This document shows positions 8,872 through 19,300 of a stretch of DNA of 40,148 bases, piece after piece. The DNA comes from Burkholderiales bacterium (lineage in GTDB: Bacteria; Pseudomonadota; Gammaproteobacteria; Burkholderiales; JAEUOS01). The DNA lies in contig JANLTL010000540.1 in the NCBI GenBank assembly GCA_031362905.1, forward strand, positions 1 to 40,148, given 5' to 3'. Every line of letters begins with the position of its first letter. Within the stretch, counting starts at the first letter, position 1. The position numbers and the translations under genes are program-made. The notes beneath the pieces were generated by a model. That model was not told where the DNA came from, made no database searches, and was given only the letters and a program-made list of their open reading frames with translations.

Positions 8872-10002
8872 TCACATCGCGCGCGGTGCATAGCCGGCCT
8901 TGTGAAGGGCGGCGGCGACAGCCGCCACCCGCGCTGCCTTGACTGCCGCAGCGATCGATTGCGCATCGGCATGCTGGCGCGCGACGGCGCCGGCGTCGAC
9001 GCCGCGCGCCGCATGGAGGGCAGCGAGCAGACGTTTGGCCGTCCCCTTGGCGTCATCGGCAGAATCGGTCGCGTAAAGTTGTGCGACGGCGATGAGCGAG
9101 AGAAAGCGCGCTTCCTGGCGCAAGCCATCGGCACTGTGGATCAACTCGGCAAGTGCTGCTGCGTCAAGCGCAGAGGCTTGCGCAAACGGCCCGGCGTGCC
9201 GCAGGTAAACCAGCACGAGATCACGACAGTCGTTGGGCACGCGCTGGCGCTCGGCCAGTTGCGCTGCCTGCGCCGCATCGAGCGTGCCGCACAGCGCGGC
9301 AAAGCGCGCGGCAAGCGAGAGCTGCAAAGCAGCCGCCTCGCGCAACGCGGCAAGATTTCTGGCATTGGCATCAAACGGCGCAAACTCCGGCAACACCTTC
9401 ACGAGTGCGCCGCAGGCATCGAGCACACGCAACATTTCGACCGGGTCTGCTTCCATCAGGCCTCGCGCGAGTTCCTGCCAGACGCGTTCCGCTACCAGGG
9501 CATCGACCTCGCCACTGTCTGCCATCGCACGCATGAGTGTCAGCGTCTCCGGCGCAATAGCAAAGCCGAACCGAGCAGCAAAGCGCGCGCCGCGCAGGAT
9601 ACGCACCGGATCTTCGGCGAAGGCCGGGCCGACGTGGCGCAGCAGCCCGGCCTTGAGATCATCCGCGCCGAGATAGGGGTCGATCAGCGTGCCCGCATCG
9701 TCAACCGCCATCGCGTTGATCGTGAAATCGCGGCGCGCGAGGTCTTGCTCCAGTGTCACGTCGGGCGCGGCATGAAAGGCAAAGCCCCGGTAGCCCGGCG
9801 CAGTCTTGCGCTCGGTGCGCGCGAGCGCGTACTCCTCTTGCGTCACCGGGTGCAGAAACACCGGAAAGTCCTTGCCCACCGGCCGGAAACCCTTGTCTAC
9901 CAAGGCTTCTGGCGTGGCGCCGACCACGACGTAGTCGCGGTCGATGATGGTGATGCCGAGCAACTCGTCGCGAACGGAGCCGCCGACGCGATAGATTTTC
10001 AC
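8872..10002 (-). CDS. cca: CCA tRNA nucleotidyltransferase (C-terminal half lacks an HD signature)
   Basis: [16 protein letters not shown]...DRDYVVVG...[10 protein letters not shown]...[10 protein letters not shown]...[10 protein letters not shown] is the class II nucleotidyltransferase head domain. The GTG start at 10002 overlaps the stop of the upstream GST. Confidence 0.9.
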   Translation of the reverse strand: MKIYRVGGSVRDELLGITIIDRDYVVVGATPEALVDKGFRPVGKDFPVFLHPVTQEEYALARTERKTAPGYRGFAFHAAPDVTLEQDLARRDFTINAMAVDDAGTLIDPYLGADDLKAGLLRHVGPAFAEDPVRILRGARFAARFGFAIAPETLTLMRAMADSGEVDALVAERVWQELARGLMEADPVEMLRVLDACGALVKVLPEFAPFDANARNLAALREAAALQLSLAARFAALCGTLDAAQAAQLAERQRVPNDCRDLVLVYLRHAGPFAQASALDAAALAELIHSADGLRQEARFLSLIAVAQLYATDSADDAKGTAKRLLAALHAARGVDAGAVARQHADAQSIAAAVKAARVAAVAAALHKAGYAPRAM

Positions 10003-10661
10003 GCGTACTTGTCGTCGTAGCGCGGCGTGGCATGCCCTTCCGCTGCTGCCAGTTGCGCAAGATTGACCAGCGCGGGCGCAGCGAGCATGTGCCGCATGTA
10101 GGCCGCAGCGTTGCCCTGCATCGCCACGTTATAGGTTTGCAGGCGAAATACCACCGGCGCGAACATCGCGTCGGCAATGCAGAACTCGCCAAACAGAAAC
10201 GGTCCACCCGAGGCTTCGATGCATTCGCTCCATAGTGCTTGTAGGCGCGCAATATCGGCCGCGACGTCGGCGTTCATGCCCTTGCCGGGATAGCGGTTGC
10301 GAATGTTCATCGGCATGTGGGTGCGCAACACCGTGAATCCCGAATGCATTTCGGCGGACGCAGAGCGCGCCCGCGCGCGCAACGCAGAATCGGCCGGCCA
10401 CAGTTTTTTGTGCGGGAATTTCTCGGCCAGATATTCGGCGATGGCGAGCGAGTCCCACACCTTGATCGTGCCCGCGCCATCCTCGTCGAGCAACACCGGC
10501 ACTGTGCCTGAGGGTGAATGGCGCGCAATATTCGCGGCGGTATCGGGCTCGGCAAGCCAAACCTGGATTTCCTCGAACACAATGCCGGCCTGGGTCATCA
10601 GCACCCATGGGCGCATCGACCAGGACGAATAGTTCTTGTTGCCGATGACGAGCCGGAGCAT
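9999..10661 (-). CDS. Glutathione S-transferase family protein (YfcF-like)
   Basis: [52 protein letters not shown] and [19 protein letters not shown] match the thioredoxin-fold N-domain plus helical C-domain of YfcF-type GSTs. Confidence 0.8.
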   Translation of the reverse strand: MLRLVIGNKNYSSWSMRPWVLMTQAGIVFEEIQVWLAEPDTAANIARHSPSGTVPVLLDEDGAGTIKVWDSLAIAEYLAEKFPHKKLWPADSALRARARSASAEMHSGFTVLRTHMPMNIRNRYPGKGMNADVAADIARLQALWSECIEASGGPFLFGEFCIADAMFAPVVFRLQTYNVAMQGNAAAYMRHMLAAPALVNLAQLAAAEGHATPRYDDKYA

Positions 10662-10674
10662 GTTGGTCCGGCGC

Positions 10675-11667
10675 CTAGCGCCCCGCGTGATCGCGAAACA
10701 GCATGTAGCGCTCCCTGGGCGACTTGCCGGCCAGATAGGCGGGCACCACGGCTTCCATCGCCGCCGGCGTCACGCCCAGTTCACTTCCGACCGGGCCCTG
10801 CATCACGTTGTCCACTCTGGTCGAATCCAGGTTGTCGCGCGACAGCATCTCGACCGGCGAGAACTCCATGGCCCACGCCTGCAGATAGGCCAGTGCGTCA
10901 GGCAGACCGATGACTTTGCGTGGGTGGCCACTGACGGTCCCGGCATATTCCATCAACTGCTTCAGGGTATAGACGGCTGGACCGGCAATGTCGTAGGCAT
11001 TACCGAAGGTACGCGGTTCATCGAGGGCATTGACGAAAGCCTGGGCCAGATCTTCAACCCACACCGGCTGCAGCTTCGCGTCCGGCTTGCCCAATAACAC
11101 AAAGGGCGCGAACTTCTGCATCCATGCAAACAGGTTGATGAACTTGTCGTTGCGACCAAACACCACCGACGTGCGGAAGATCGTCAGTGCGGTTTGCTGC
11201 ACCCCGCTCGCCCCGTGCGCCGCGCTTCCCGCCACGGCATCGCGCACCGCGGCTTCGCCGGCGGCCTTGGAGCGCAAATACATCGATGGCCCGTTCGCGT
11301 CCGCGCGCAGCGAGCTCATGTGCAGGAGGCGCGGCACACGAGCTGCGACGCAAGCTTCGGCGACCTTGCGGGCGAGATCGACATGCACCGCCTGGAAGCG
11401 CCGGCCATAGGGCGTGCCCGTGTCGCTGTGCAGCACGCCGGCCAGATTGATCACGGCGTCGACGCCCTGCACCAATCCGGCGAGGGTCTCGGGCTCGCTA
11501 ACGTCGGCTTCGACCACATCCGCCGTAGGCAGCAGGATCAAATGTTTGGCGCGCTCACGGCGGCGCGTGGGGACGATGACGCGTTTACCGAGTGCGCAAA
11601 GTCTGGCGACGATGGCGGAGCCGATGAAGCCGCTGCCGCCGATAACGAGGATGGTGCGCGAACTCAT
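10675..11667 (-). CDS. NAD(P)-binding SDR, complex I NDUFA9-like family
   Basis: Rossmann motif ILVIGGSGFIGSAIVARL close to the N-terminus. The protein length and the C-terminal DNLDS...GVTP region are typical of this family. I chose the ATG at 11667 (MSSRTILVIGG); the track start at 11703 would add 12 aa. Confidence 0.8.
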   Translation of the reverse strand: MSSRTILVIGGSGFIGSAIVARLCALGKRVIVPTRRRERAKHLILLPTADVVEADVSEPETLAGLVQGVDAVINLAGVLHSDTGTPYGRRFQAVHVDLARKVAEACVAARVPRLLHMSSLRADANGPSMYLRSKAAGEAAVRDAVAGSAAHGASGVQQTALTIFRTSVVFGRNDKFINLFAWMQKFAPFVLLGKPDAKLQPVWVEDLAQAFVNALDEPRTFGNAYDIAGPAVYTLKQLMEYAGTVSGHPRKVIGLPDALAYLQAWAMEFSPVEMLSRDNLDSTRVDNVMQGPVGSELGVTPAAMEAVVPAYLAGKSPRERYMLFRDHAGR

Positions 11668-11738
11668 GTCAATTACCTGATTCAGGACGGGAAGAGGCGT
11701 CATTTTAGCTTCGCAGCCGCCCTATCCCCCACTCAAGG

Positions 11739-13706
11739 TCAAGGTGTATCGCTGGCCTTCTCGTCGCCACGTCTTGGCGGAATCATCGCGAGCCGCTCCT
11801 TGAGCGACTGCGGCTTGCCGCTGAACAGTGCCGCGTAATAGGTGGCATTGCTCATCACCTTCTTGACGTAATCACGCGTCTCGTTAAAGGGAATCGACTC
11901 GGCGAAGATCGCCGCTTCCATCGGCTTGATGTCGCGCCAGCGGCGCGGACGGCCGGGCCCTGCGTTATAGGCGGCCGAGGCCAGCACCGGGTGGTTGTAC
12001 AGGTCGTCCTGCACGATCTTGAGGTAATTGGTGCCGAGCGTGATGTTGGTTTCGAGGTCGTTGACCTGGCCGTGGTGATAGTTCTTGATGCCGACTTTTT
12101 TGGCAACCCAGCGTGCGGTGGCGGGCATCAATTGCATCAGCCCTGAAGCGCCCACCACGGATTTGGCATTGGTCATGAAACGGCTTTCCTGGCGCATCAG
12201 GCCATAGACCCAGGCGTCGTCGAGGCCGAGATCCTTCGCCTTGGGGCGCACCTGATCAGCGTGCGGACTCAAGAAGCGCAGGTTGAAGTCGTGGATCGCG
12301 GCGGTCTTGTCTGCCGTGTTGATGGCGCGATCCGGCAGGTCGTTCTGGCGCGCGAGGGTGGCGGCGGCGATCAACTGTTTGTCGTCCATGCCGCGAATGG
12401 TCCAGACCCATTCGCGCGTGGCCTCGGTGCGCATGCCGAGTCGGTACAGCGTGAGGGCGCGCTGCAATCCGGGCGTCGCGGTGATGGTGTCGAGGTCTGA
12501 ACTGAGGGGCTTAAAGCCCACCGGCGGAATCACCGTCGCACGGCCGAGTTCTTCGGCAGCAAGCTGGCCGTAAAAACTGAAATCGCCGGCGATGGTTTCA
12601 AACAGCGACTTGGCGTCCTCCGGCTTGCCCTCTTCGCGCAGGGCGCGGCCTTGCCAGTAGGTCCAGGCCGGGTCGCGGCGCGCGACCGGGGTCATGTCCT
12701 TGACCGCCCGCAGCACCAGTTTCCAGTCGCGCGCGCGCAGGGCGGCACGCACCATCCATTGCAGGTATTCGTCGGAGAGCTGGATATCTTCAGCTTCACG
12801 GAACCATTCATCGGCCTCATTCATCAGCTTGCGTGAGGCCTGATAGCCGATTTGCGCCCAGCCCCACTGGCGCTCGGTTTCATTAAAGGGCTTTTTGCTG
12901 TGCCTGGTCCAGAACACAGCAGCTTCGCCTGGATCACTGCGCGCCCAGCGGCCGATGGCGATCAGTACCAGTTCGCGCTGCGCGCGCGTGCGGCCATCGA
13001 TGCCTCTTTTCAGAAAGCCCTCAGGCCGGCCGTATGCGGCATCGAACTGTTTGTGATCCATCGCCTGGCTGTCAGGCAAATATTCGGCTGCGCGCCGTGC
13101 CGCGTTCGGCAAGCCGGCATCAACCAGTGTACGCACGCGCTCCCAGACGTGGCGGTCGAGAATGCGGCTGTCCGCCAGAAGCGCTTCGCTCATGCTCACG
13201 CAGCCTTCGGGCAATTCGCGCGGCGTCAGCCACAAGGCCAGCGCTTCGCGCGCGGCTGTTTCGTCCTTTTTCTGATGGCGGCGCTGCAGCGTGAGGCAGT
13301 TCACCTCGAGATCATCAGCGCTAATTTTGGCGCGTTCGGCGTCAAAAACATCCCACGCATCGCGCCGCGCCAGCGCTTTGACCAATTCAATGCGTACGCG
13401 CTCTGACAGATAGCTCTTGTCGTATTGCGCCAAAAACGCGGTTTGCGCGGCTTCGGCGGCGTCGCCCCTCAATTGCAGGGATTGCCAATAAGGGCCATAC
13501 ATTTCGAGCGGATGGCCCTTGAAACGCTCGCTCATCGCAATCAGCTTTTCGCGCTGGCCAAGCTTGACGGCATCACGCGCGGCAAGAAAGGCATCCTCCG
13601 GGCTTGGCTCGGGACGCTTTTGCGCGAGCGCGGCAGACAACATCAGCGTACTCGCGCAAAGCAGTGCGGCGAGGCGGGCAGAGGGAAAAAGGCGCATCGT
13701 AGTCAT
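11739..13706 (-). CDS. slt: Soluble lytic murein transglycosylase (Slt70-like)
   Basis: Signal peptide MTTMRLFPSARLAALLCASTLMLSAALA. A long helical superhelix domain is followed by the catalytic C-domain: ESRF, GASGLMQLMPATA, AAYNAGPGR. The start could be 13706, 13697 or the GTG at 13724. Confidence 0.85.
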   Translation of the reverse strand: MTTMRLFPSARLAALLCASTLMLSAALAQKRPEPSPEDAFLAARDAVKLGQREKLIAMSERFKGHPLEMYGPYWQSLQLRGDAAEAAQTAFLAQYDKSYLSERVRIELVKALARRDAWDVFDAERAKISADDLEVNCLTLQRRHQKKDETAAREALALWLTPRELPEGCVSMSEALLADSRILDRHVWERVRTLVDAGLPNAARRAAEYLPDSQAMDHKQFDAAYGRPEGFLKRGIDGRTRAQRELVLIAIGRWARSDPGEAAVFWTRHSKKPFNETERQWGWAQIGYQASRKLMNEADEWFREAEDIQLSDEYLQWMVRAALRARDWKLVLRAVKDMTPVARRDPAWTYWQGRALREEGKPEDAKSLFETIAGDFSFYGQLAAEELGRATVIPPVGFKPLSSDLDTITATPGLQRALTLYRLGMRTEATREWVWTIRGMDDKQLIAAATLARQNDLPDRAINTADKTAAIHDFNLRFLSPHADQVRPKAKDLGLDDAWVYGLMRQESRFMTNAKSVVGASGLMQLMPATARWVAKKVGIKNYHHGQVNDLETNITLGTNYLKIVQDDLYNHPVLASAAYNAGPGRPRRWRDIKPMEAAIFAESIPFNETRDYVKKVMSNATYYAALFSGKPQSLKERLAMIPPRRGDEKASDTP

Positions 13707-13854
13707 CCGATTCGAGAATAGCACAACGCTTGATGTTCACTTTTCGCCGACGCCCTCTGCCTTCCCGCGCATGCGAGCGGCGCGATTTTGCGCGGCCGCC
13801 TGGCAGTCAGATTCGGCGGAAAATGCAGTCGCTATGATAAAATTTAGTGTTAAA

Positions 13855-13890
13855 CGCTTGTTTCTAAAACAAAAGTTGGGAAAACAAGCG
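13855..13890 (+). promoter_or_regulatory. Nested inverted repeat in the slt / aminotransferase intergenic region
   Basis: CGCTTGTTT (13855-13863) is the exact reverse complement of AAACAAGCG (13882-13890). Its TTGTTT core can instead pair with AAACAA at 13867-13872 across a 3-nt loop. The repeat lies 17 nt downstream of a TATGAT -10-like hexamer (13833-13838), in a locally AT-rich stretch. Confidence 0.35.
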
Positions 13891-13975
13891 GCTCCAGACG
13901 TCGTGCAGGCGACGCACTGGCAAACACTTCCCGACGCCTCAAGCACCATTTATTCCGCACACCAAGGTGATCTCA

Positions 13976-15235
13976 ATGAACTCCTCCTCTTTCGCTCCCA
14001 GCAAAAAAATCAGCTCCTTCCATCCGCCCCAGCGCACCCTGCTTGGCCCCGGCCCATCAGAAATCAACCCGCGTGTGCTGGCCGCTTCCAGCCTGCCCTC
14101 AATCGGCTATCTCGACCCGATTTTTGTCGACATGATGGATGAGTTGAAGCAACTGCTGCGCTACGCCTACCAGACCAACAACCAACTCACTTTTCCCTTG
14201 TCCGGCCCCGGTTCGGTCGGCATGGAGTCGTGCTTCGTCAACATGGTCGAGCCCGGCGAAAAAGTCGTCGTGATGAAAAACGGTGTGTTCGGCGGCCGCA
14301 TGGTGGAAAACGTGCAGCGTTGCGGCGGTGTGGCCGTGGTGGTCGAAGACGCCTGGGGCGAGCCGTGCGACCCGCAAAAACTCGAGGACGCGCTCAAGAA
14401 GAATCCCGACACCAAAGTGGTGGCGTTCGTCCATGCCGAAACCTCGACCGGCGCGCAATCCGACGCCAAAACCCTGGTCGCCATCGCGCACAAATACGGC
14501 GCGCTGACCATCGTTGACGCGGTCACCTCGCTGGCCGGCACGCCGGTCAAGACCGATGAATGGAACATCGATGCCATTTATTCCGGCTCGCAAAAATGTC
14601 TCTCGTGCGTACCGGGCCTGTCACCGGTGTCCTACAACGAGGAAGTCATCGCCAAGGTCAAAAAGCGCAAAGACACCAATCGCGTGCAAAGCTGGTTCAT
14701 GGATTTGAACCTGGTGCTTGGCTATTGGGGTGACACCACCCGCACCTATCACCACACCGCTCCGATCAACAGTCTGTTCGCCCTGCACGAAGCGCTGCTG
14801 ATGCTCAAGGAAGAGGGTCTGGAGAACTCGTGGGCGCGCCACCAGCGCCACCACACCGCATTCAAGGCCGGCATGGAAGCCATGGGCCTCAAGTTCCTGG
14901 TCAAGGAAGCCTACCGCCTGCCGCAGATGAATGCGATCTGCATTCCCGAATCGATCCAGGCGCGTGAAGCCGAAGTGCGCAAGACCTTGCTCAACGAATT
15001 CAACATGGAAATCGGCGCCGGCCTCGGCCCGCTCGCCGGCAAGATCTGGCGCTTCGGCTTGATGGGTTACTCGTGCAAGCCGGAGAACGTCATGCTGTGT
15101 CTCTCAGCGCTGGGTTCCGTATTGATGGATATGGGCCACACGGTCAAGGTCGGCGAGGCCGAAGCGGCGGCCCACTCGGCCTATGCCTCAATGCATGCCT
15201 CGGCCGCCCAGGCCAAGCTGCGCGCAGCGGCGTGA
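13976..15235 (+). CDS. Class V PLP aminotransferase (serine/alanine--glyoxylate aminotransferase family)
   Basis: LLGPGPSEINPRVLAA near the N-terminus and the PLP-lysine motif YSGSQKCLS. I chose the ATG at 13976, which has AAGG 8 nt upstream; the track start is the GTG at 13967. Confidence 0.85.
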   Translation: MNSSSFAPSKKISSFHPPQRTLLGPGPSEINPRVLAASSLPSIGYLDPIFVDMMDELKQLLRYAYQTNNQLTFPLSGPGSVGMESCFVNMVEPGEKVVVMKNGVFGGRMVENVQRCGGVAVVVEDAWGEPCDPQKLEDALKKNPDTKVVAFVHAETSTGAQSDAKTLVAIAHKYGALTIVDAVTSLAGTPVKTDEWNIDAIYSGSQKCLSCVPGLSPVSYNEEVIAKVKKRKDTNRVQSWFMDLNLVLGYWGDTTRTYHHTAPINSLFALHEALLMLKEEGLENSWARHQRHHTAFKAGMEAMGLKFLVKEAYRLPQMNAICIPESIQAREAEVRKTLLNEFNMEIGAGLGPLAGKIWRFGLMGYSCKPENVMLCLSALGSVLMDMGHTVKVGEAEAAAHSAYASMHASAAQAKLRAAA

Positions 15236-15308
15236 TGGCGGCACGGCTCCCCTTGCCACGCTGCACCTTGCCGCCACGCGCGCAATGCGCGCTCCGCGCT
15301 GACTGAAC

Positions 15309-16259
15309 ATGGCAAGCAGCGGCGACCGCACCAAGGAGCCAACGCAGCATGTGCCGCAAGGCGCTGCTGCGGAAGACTGTGTGGTGTTGTTCGCTGATGT
15401 CGCCGGCAGTACCAAGCTCTATGAGGCTTTCGGCGATGCGGTCGCCAAGAAATTGGTCGACGAGGTATTGGCTGCACTCACCATCATCACGCGCCGTCAC
15501 AGCGGCCGCGTGGTCAAGACCATTGGTGATGAAGTGATGTGTGTCTTCACCGACGCTGCGCGCGGCTTTTACGCTGCAGCCGACATGCAGCAGAAGATCG
15601 ACTCGATGCCGGTGGTGGGTGGCAGCAAACGGCGCATTCGCATCGGCTTTCATTCCGGGCCGGTGATCGAGGAAAAAGGCGACGTATTCGGTGACACCGT
15701 CAATACCGCCGCGCGCATGTCGGGCCTCGCACGCGGCATGCAAATCATGACTTCGCGCGCCACGGTCGATGCGCTGCCGTCGAACCTGCGCGGCCGCACG
15801 CGCAGTATTGCCTCGGTCTCGGTCAAGGGCAAGACCGATGACGTAGCGGTCTGCGAAGTGCTATGGCAGGATGAGGACGACCTGACAATGACGGTGGCCG
15901 CACTGTCGGCGACCACGATCCAGGCCGAGCTCGCCCACCAGATCGTCCTGCGGCACGAGGGTACCGAAATCACCCTCGATGCCGGCCGCACCAGCGCGGG
16001 GATGGGGCGTGACCCGGGCAGCGACATCGTGATCGCCGATGCCAAGGCGTCACGCCACCATGCCCGCATCGAAAAGCGCCGTGACAAGTTTTTTCTCGCC
16101 GACCAAAGCACCAACGGCACTTTCGTGACCTTCAATGGCGAGCGCGAAATCGCCCTGCGGCGCGAGGAAATCATGCTGCGCGGTACCGGGCAAATCCGCT
16201 TCGGCCACAGTGCCACCGAGGGCTCCGGTGAAACAGTTGACTTCACCCTCGGGGCCTGA
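15309..16259 (+). CDS. Class III adenylate/guanylate cyclase fused to a C-terminal FHA domain
   Basis: Cyclase motifs VVLFADVAGSTKLYE, GRVVKTIGDEVMCVF and GDVFGDTVNTAARM supply the metal-binding Asp residues, the Lys next to the second Asp, and the transition-state Asn/Arg. FHA signature: GRDPGSDIVI ... ASRHHARI ... DQSTNGTFV. There is no TM segment and no other sensor domain. Confidence 0.85.
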   Translation: MASSGDRTKEPTQHVPQGAAAEDCVVLFADVAGSTKLYEAFGDAVAKKLVDEVLAALTIITRRHSGRVVKTIGDEVMCVFTDAARGFYAAADMQQKIDSMPVVGGSKRRIRIGFHSGPVIEEKGDVFGDTVNTAARMSGLARGMQIMTSRATVDALPSNLRGRTRSIASVSVKGKTDDVAVCEVLWQDEDDLTMTVAALSATTIQAELAHQIVLRHEGTEITLDAGRTSAGMGRDPGSDIVIADAKASRHHARIEKRRDKFFLADQSTNGTFVTFNGEREIALRREEIMLRGTGQIRFGHSATEGSGETVDFTLGA

Positions 16260-16330
16260 GGCTCGGTACCCGGGCACGCGCCGCGCTGCCCCGTGACGCG
16301 CCTGCTCGCGCATTCCATCGCACCGCCACC

Positions 16331-19300
16331 ATGTCATCACCGCCACCCGCTGCCGTGCCCGACAACCCGCGCGAAGAGTTATCGGTTGAACTCAAGCGCC
16401 AAACGTCCGAGTTTCTGGCGCGGGTGCAGGTCAAGCGCACCGAGTCGATCAACTTGCAAAAAGCGCATGCCGAGGAGTTGAAGACGGCCGTGCTGGCCGA
16501 GGCGCAGGCGCGGCGAGCACGTGATTTGGCAGTGGCGCGCGTAGAAAAAACCCGGAGTGAGCGTGCCGCCGCGGAGGAAGCAGCAACCCGCGCTGACGCG
16601 GAACTTGCGCAATTGCGCGCCAGATTGGCGGAGACCGAGCGGCGCATCCAGACCGCGGGCACGGCGCCGGTGGTCAATCCGGTAGCGGCAACCGGCACTC
16701 CCTCTGCGACAGCAGCGCCCGCCCCCCTGGACCGTCAGGTGCAGGCTGCGGAATTGCGCCGCGCCACCCTCCAAGTGAACGAACTCGAAGCACGCCTGCG
16801 CGAGCTGACCAGCCAACGCGAGCAAGTCGAGCATGAGCGTGACCAGTTGGCCCAGGCCGCGCAGGCAGCCGCACGAGAACGCGCCCAGATGCAAGAGGCC
16901 AAGATCCAGATGGAACGCGAGCACGCGCAGCTCGCTGCAGCGTACGCACAGTCGGGGCCGGCGCAAGAACAGCTTGCCGCCACCTTGCGCGCGGCAGAGG
17001 CGGAGCGTGACCGGTTGGCCGCTGACCTGCGCGCCGCTCAGGCAGAACGTGCCGAGATCACTTCTGCCATGCGCAACGTCGAGCAACAGCGCGACCGCTG
17101 GGTCGTGGACAAGCTCCGGGCCGAGACCGAGGGTGCGCGCCTGGCTGCCGCCCTGGGCAGCGCCGAACAAGAACGCGACGCAGCCCAGGCCGCGCGCATC
17201 GAAGCTCTCGCCGCTGCGTCTGCCCCCGCTGCAGTGGCAGATGACGCTGTCGCCGCTGGCGCGTCCTCCGGCTCCACGGCGCAGCAGGCGGCCGCGGCCC
17301 CTGCCACGCTTGGCGTGACCCAAAGTCTCCAGGTCATCGCCGAGAGCTATCAACCCGGCGCGCCTTCTGCATTGGGCGGCCTTAGCCTCGCGTTCCCCAC
17401 TGCACAAGGGACCGCCGAATTGCAGCAAACGGAAGCAGCCATCGAAGCCGAGCGTGCCAAGGTTGCGGCAGCAGCGAAGAAGCTTGAAGAAGCTGTGCGC
17501 GCGCGCCTTGCCACCGAGCAACGGGTGCGTAACGAAACGCAAAAACTTGAACTGGCAGAGCACGAACTGGCAAAGGCCGAACAGGAGCAGCTAAGGATCG
17601 CCGAAGAGGTGGAGCAGGAAAAATCCCAGCGCACAAGCCTGGAACAGCAACTTGCCGATGCGCGCACTGGCCGCGCGGAGCTGGACCAATTCCTGACCGA
17701 CACCGCCGCCGAGCACGATCGCAAAAAGCGAGAACTTCAAAGCCTGCGGGCACAGACTGACGCCACACTGGTCGATCTTGCGCGCGCCAACGGCGAACTC
17801 AGGGAAACCGGCGTGCGCCTGCTGGAAGCCCGCACCGCGCAGGAGACACACGCACCTGCCTTCGGTGCGGCGAAAGGGGCATTGGCCGATACGCTTGCGC
17901 AAGTCGCTTCTCTGGAGAGCGATATCAAGCGCGAGCGCACCGCCCTGAGCGCTGCGCAAGAAGACCTAAGCAAGGTGCGCAGTGAAGCCGCGCAGCAACA
18001 GGACGAACTGGCGGCGGCCAGGATAGAGCAAGACCGTGCGGCGGTGTCGCTCACTGCGGCGCGTACCGACGCCGCTGCGGCTGCGCGCGACGCTGCCACA
18101 GTGCGCAGTCAGGTGGAAGCGAGCCGTGTTGCACTTGCCGCTTACGAGGCGCAAGCGGCCGATCATCAAACCCGGCTGACCGAGGCGCAAACGCAGGCTG
18201 CCGCGCTCGAATCGGGCTTGCGCCGTCAACGCGCCGCACTGGACACGATGCGCAGTCACGTGGTGGCCGTACGCGCCGAGCGCGCGCAGGCGGAGCAGGA
18301 ACTGGCGGATGCAGCAGCGGCAAAGCAAGGCGCCAAAGCCATACTGGATGCTGCCCGCGAACAGACCGCCCAAACGGCACGCGAAGCAGCAGCGGCGCGC
18401 GCGCGCCTTGACGCAGACCGCGGCGTGCTGAACGACCATGAAACCAAGGCCGGCGCGCTGAAGGCGGCACTGGCCACGGCGCTGGCCACCTTATCGGGCC
18501 TTGAGGCCGACACTGCGCGTGAACGCGAGGCCCTCACTGCCGCAGAGCAGGCGCTCGATGCGGTCAAGGCGCGCCGCGCCGACGCTGAAACGCGCCGCGG
18601 CGAAGCCGATGCGCGGCGCGCCGAGTTGCAATCGCAAGTACTCGTCGAGCAACGCGCGCTGGACGAGCTGACACGCCAGATCAATGGCTTGACCGCGCGC
18701 AAAGCGGAGCAGCAGGCGATCCTGGACGCCGGCGAGAGCACGCTCAAGGAAACCGCTGAGCGTACCAGCATGATTGAGGCGGCGCGCCGTCAACGCGAAG
18801 CACAGCTCGTCGCGGCAGCGGAACAGAACGCAGCAATGGCGCGCGACATGCGCGCTGCCATCAGCGAAAGGGACGAAGCACAGCGGCAGTTGGATGGCTT
18901 GCGCGCAGAGCGGCAGACACTGGAAGAAAACGCGGCACGCGAGCGCGGCGCGGCGGCGCGCGAGCACAGCGCAGTGCAAACCGGACGCGCTGGCCGCAAG
19001 CGCGCCGAGATCGAGTTTGCCGCGCTGCGACAGGAACATGCGGACGGAGCAGCGCGCCTGGCCGCCGCCAATGCGGCGCTGGAGGATCTGCGCGCCGCCG
19101 TCACAGCGATAGAGCAGCAGCAAGCGGCCGCCGGCAGCGAACTGGCAGCCCGCGAGTCTGCCCTCGACACCCAAGCGCAGCAATTACGCGCCCTGGAACA
19201 AGAACACGCACAATCAGAGCAGGCAACTGCGGCAGAACACGAGCGCGCAGCCCTGGCCCGCACGCTACTCACCACGGCCCAACAGGCGCTCGCCGAAACC

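Noticed and set aside
8302-10020. 572-aa plus-strand ORF spanning the YfcG-like GST and cca loci
   Set aside because: It is antisense to two genes with unmistakable family motifs. Its own translation has no recognisable domain and shows the typical GC-rich antisense composition (Arg/Gly/Ala/His-rich).
13725-13975. Glycine or other riboswitch upstream of the glyoxylate aminotransferase gene
   Set aside because: I could not find the conserved cores of the glycine riboswitch or of any other riboswitch I know. Only the local inverted repeats were kept, as a low-confidence regulatory feature.
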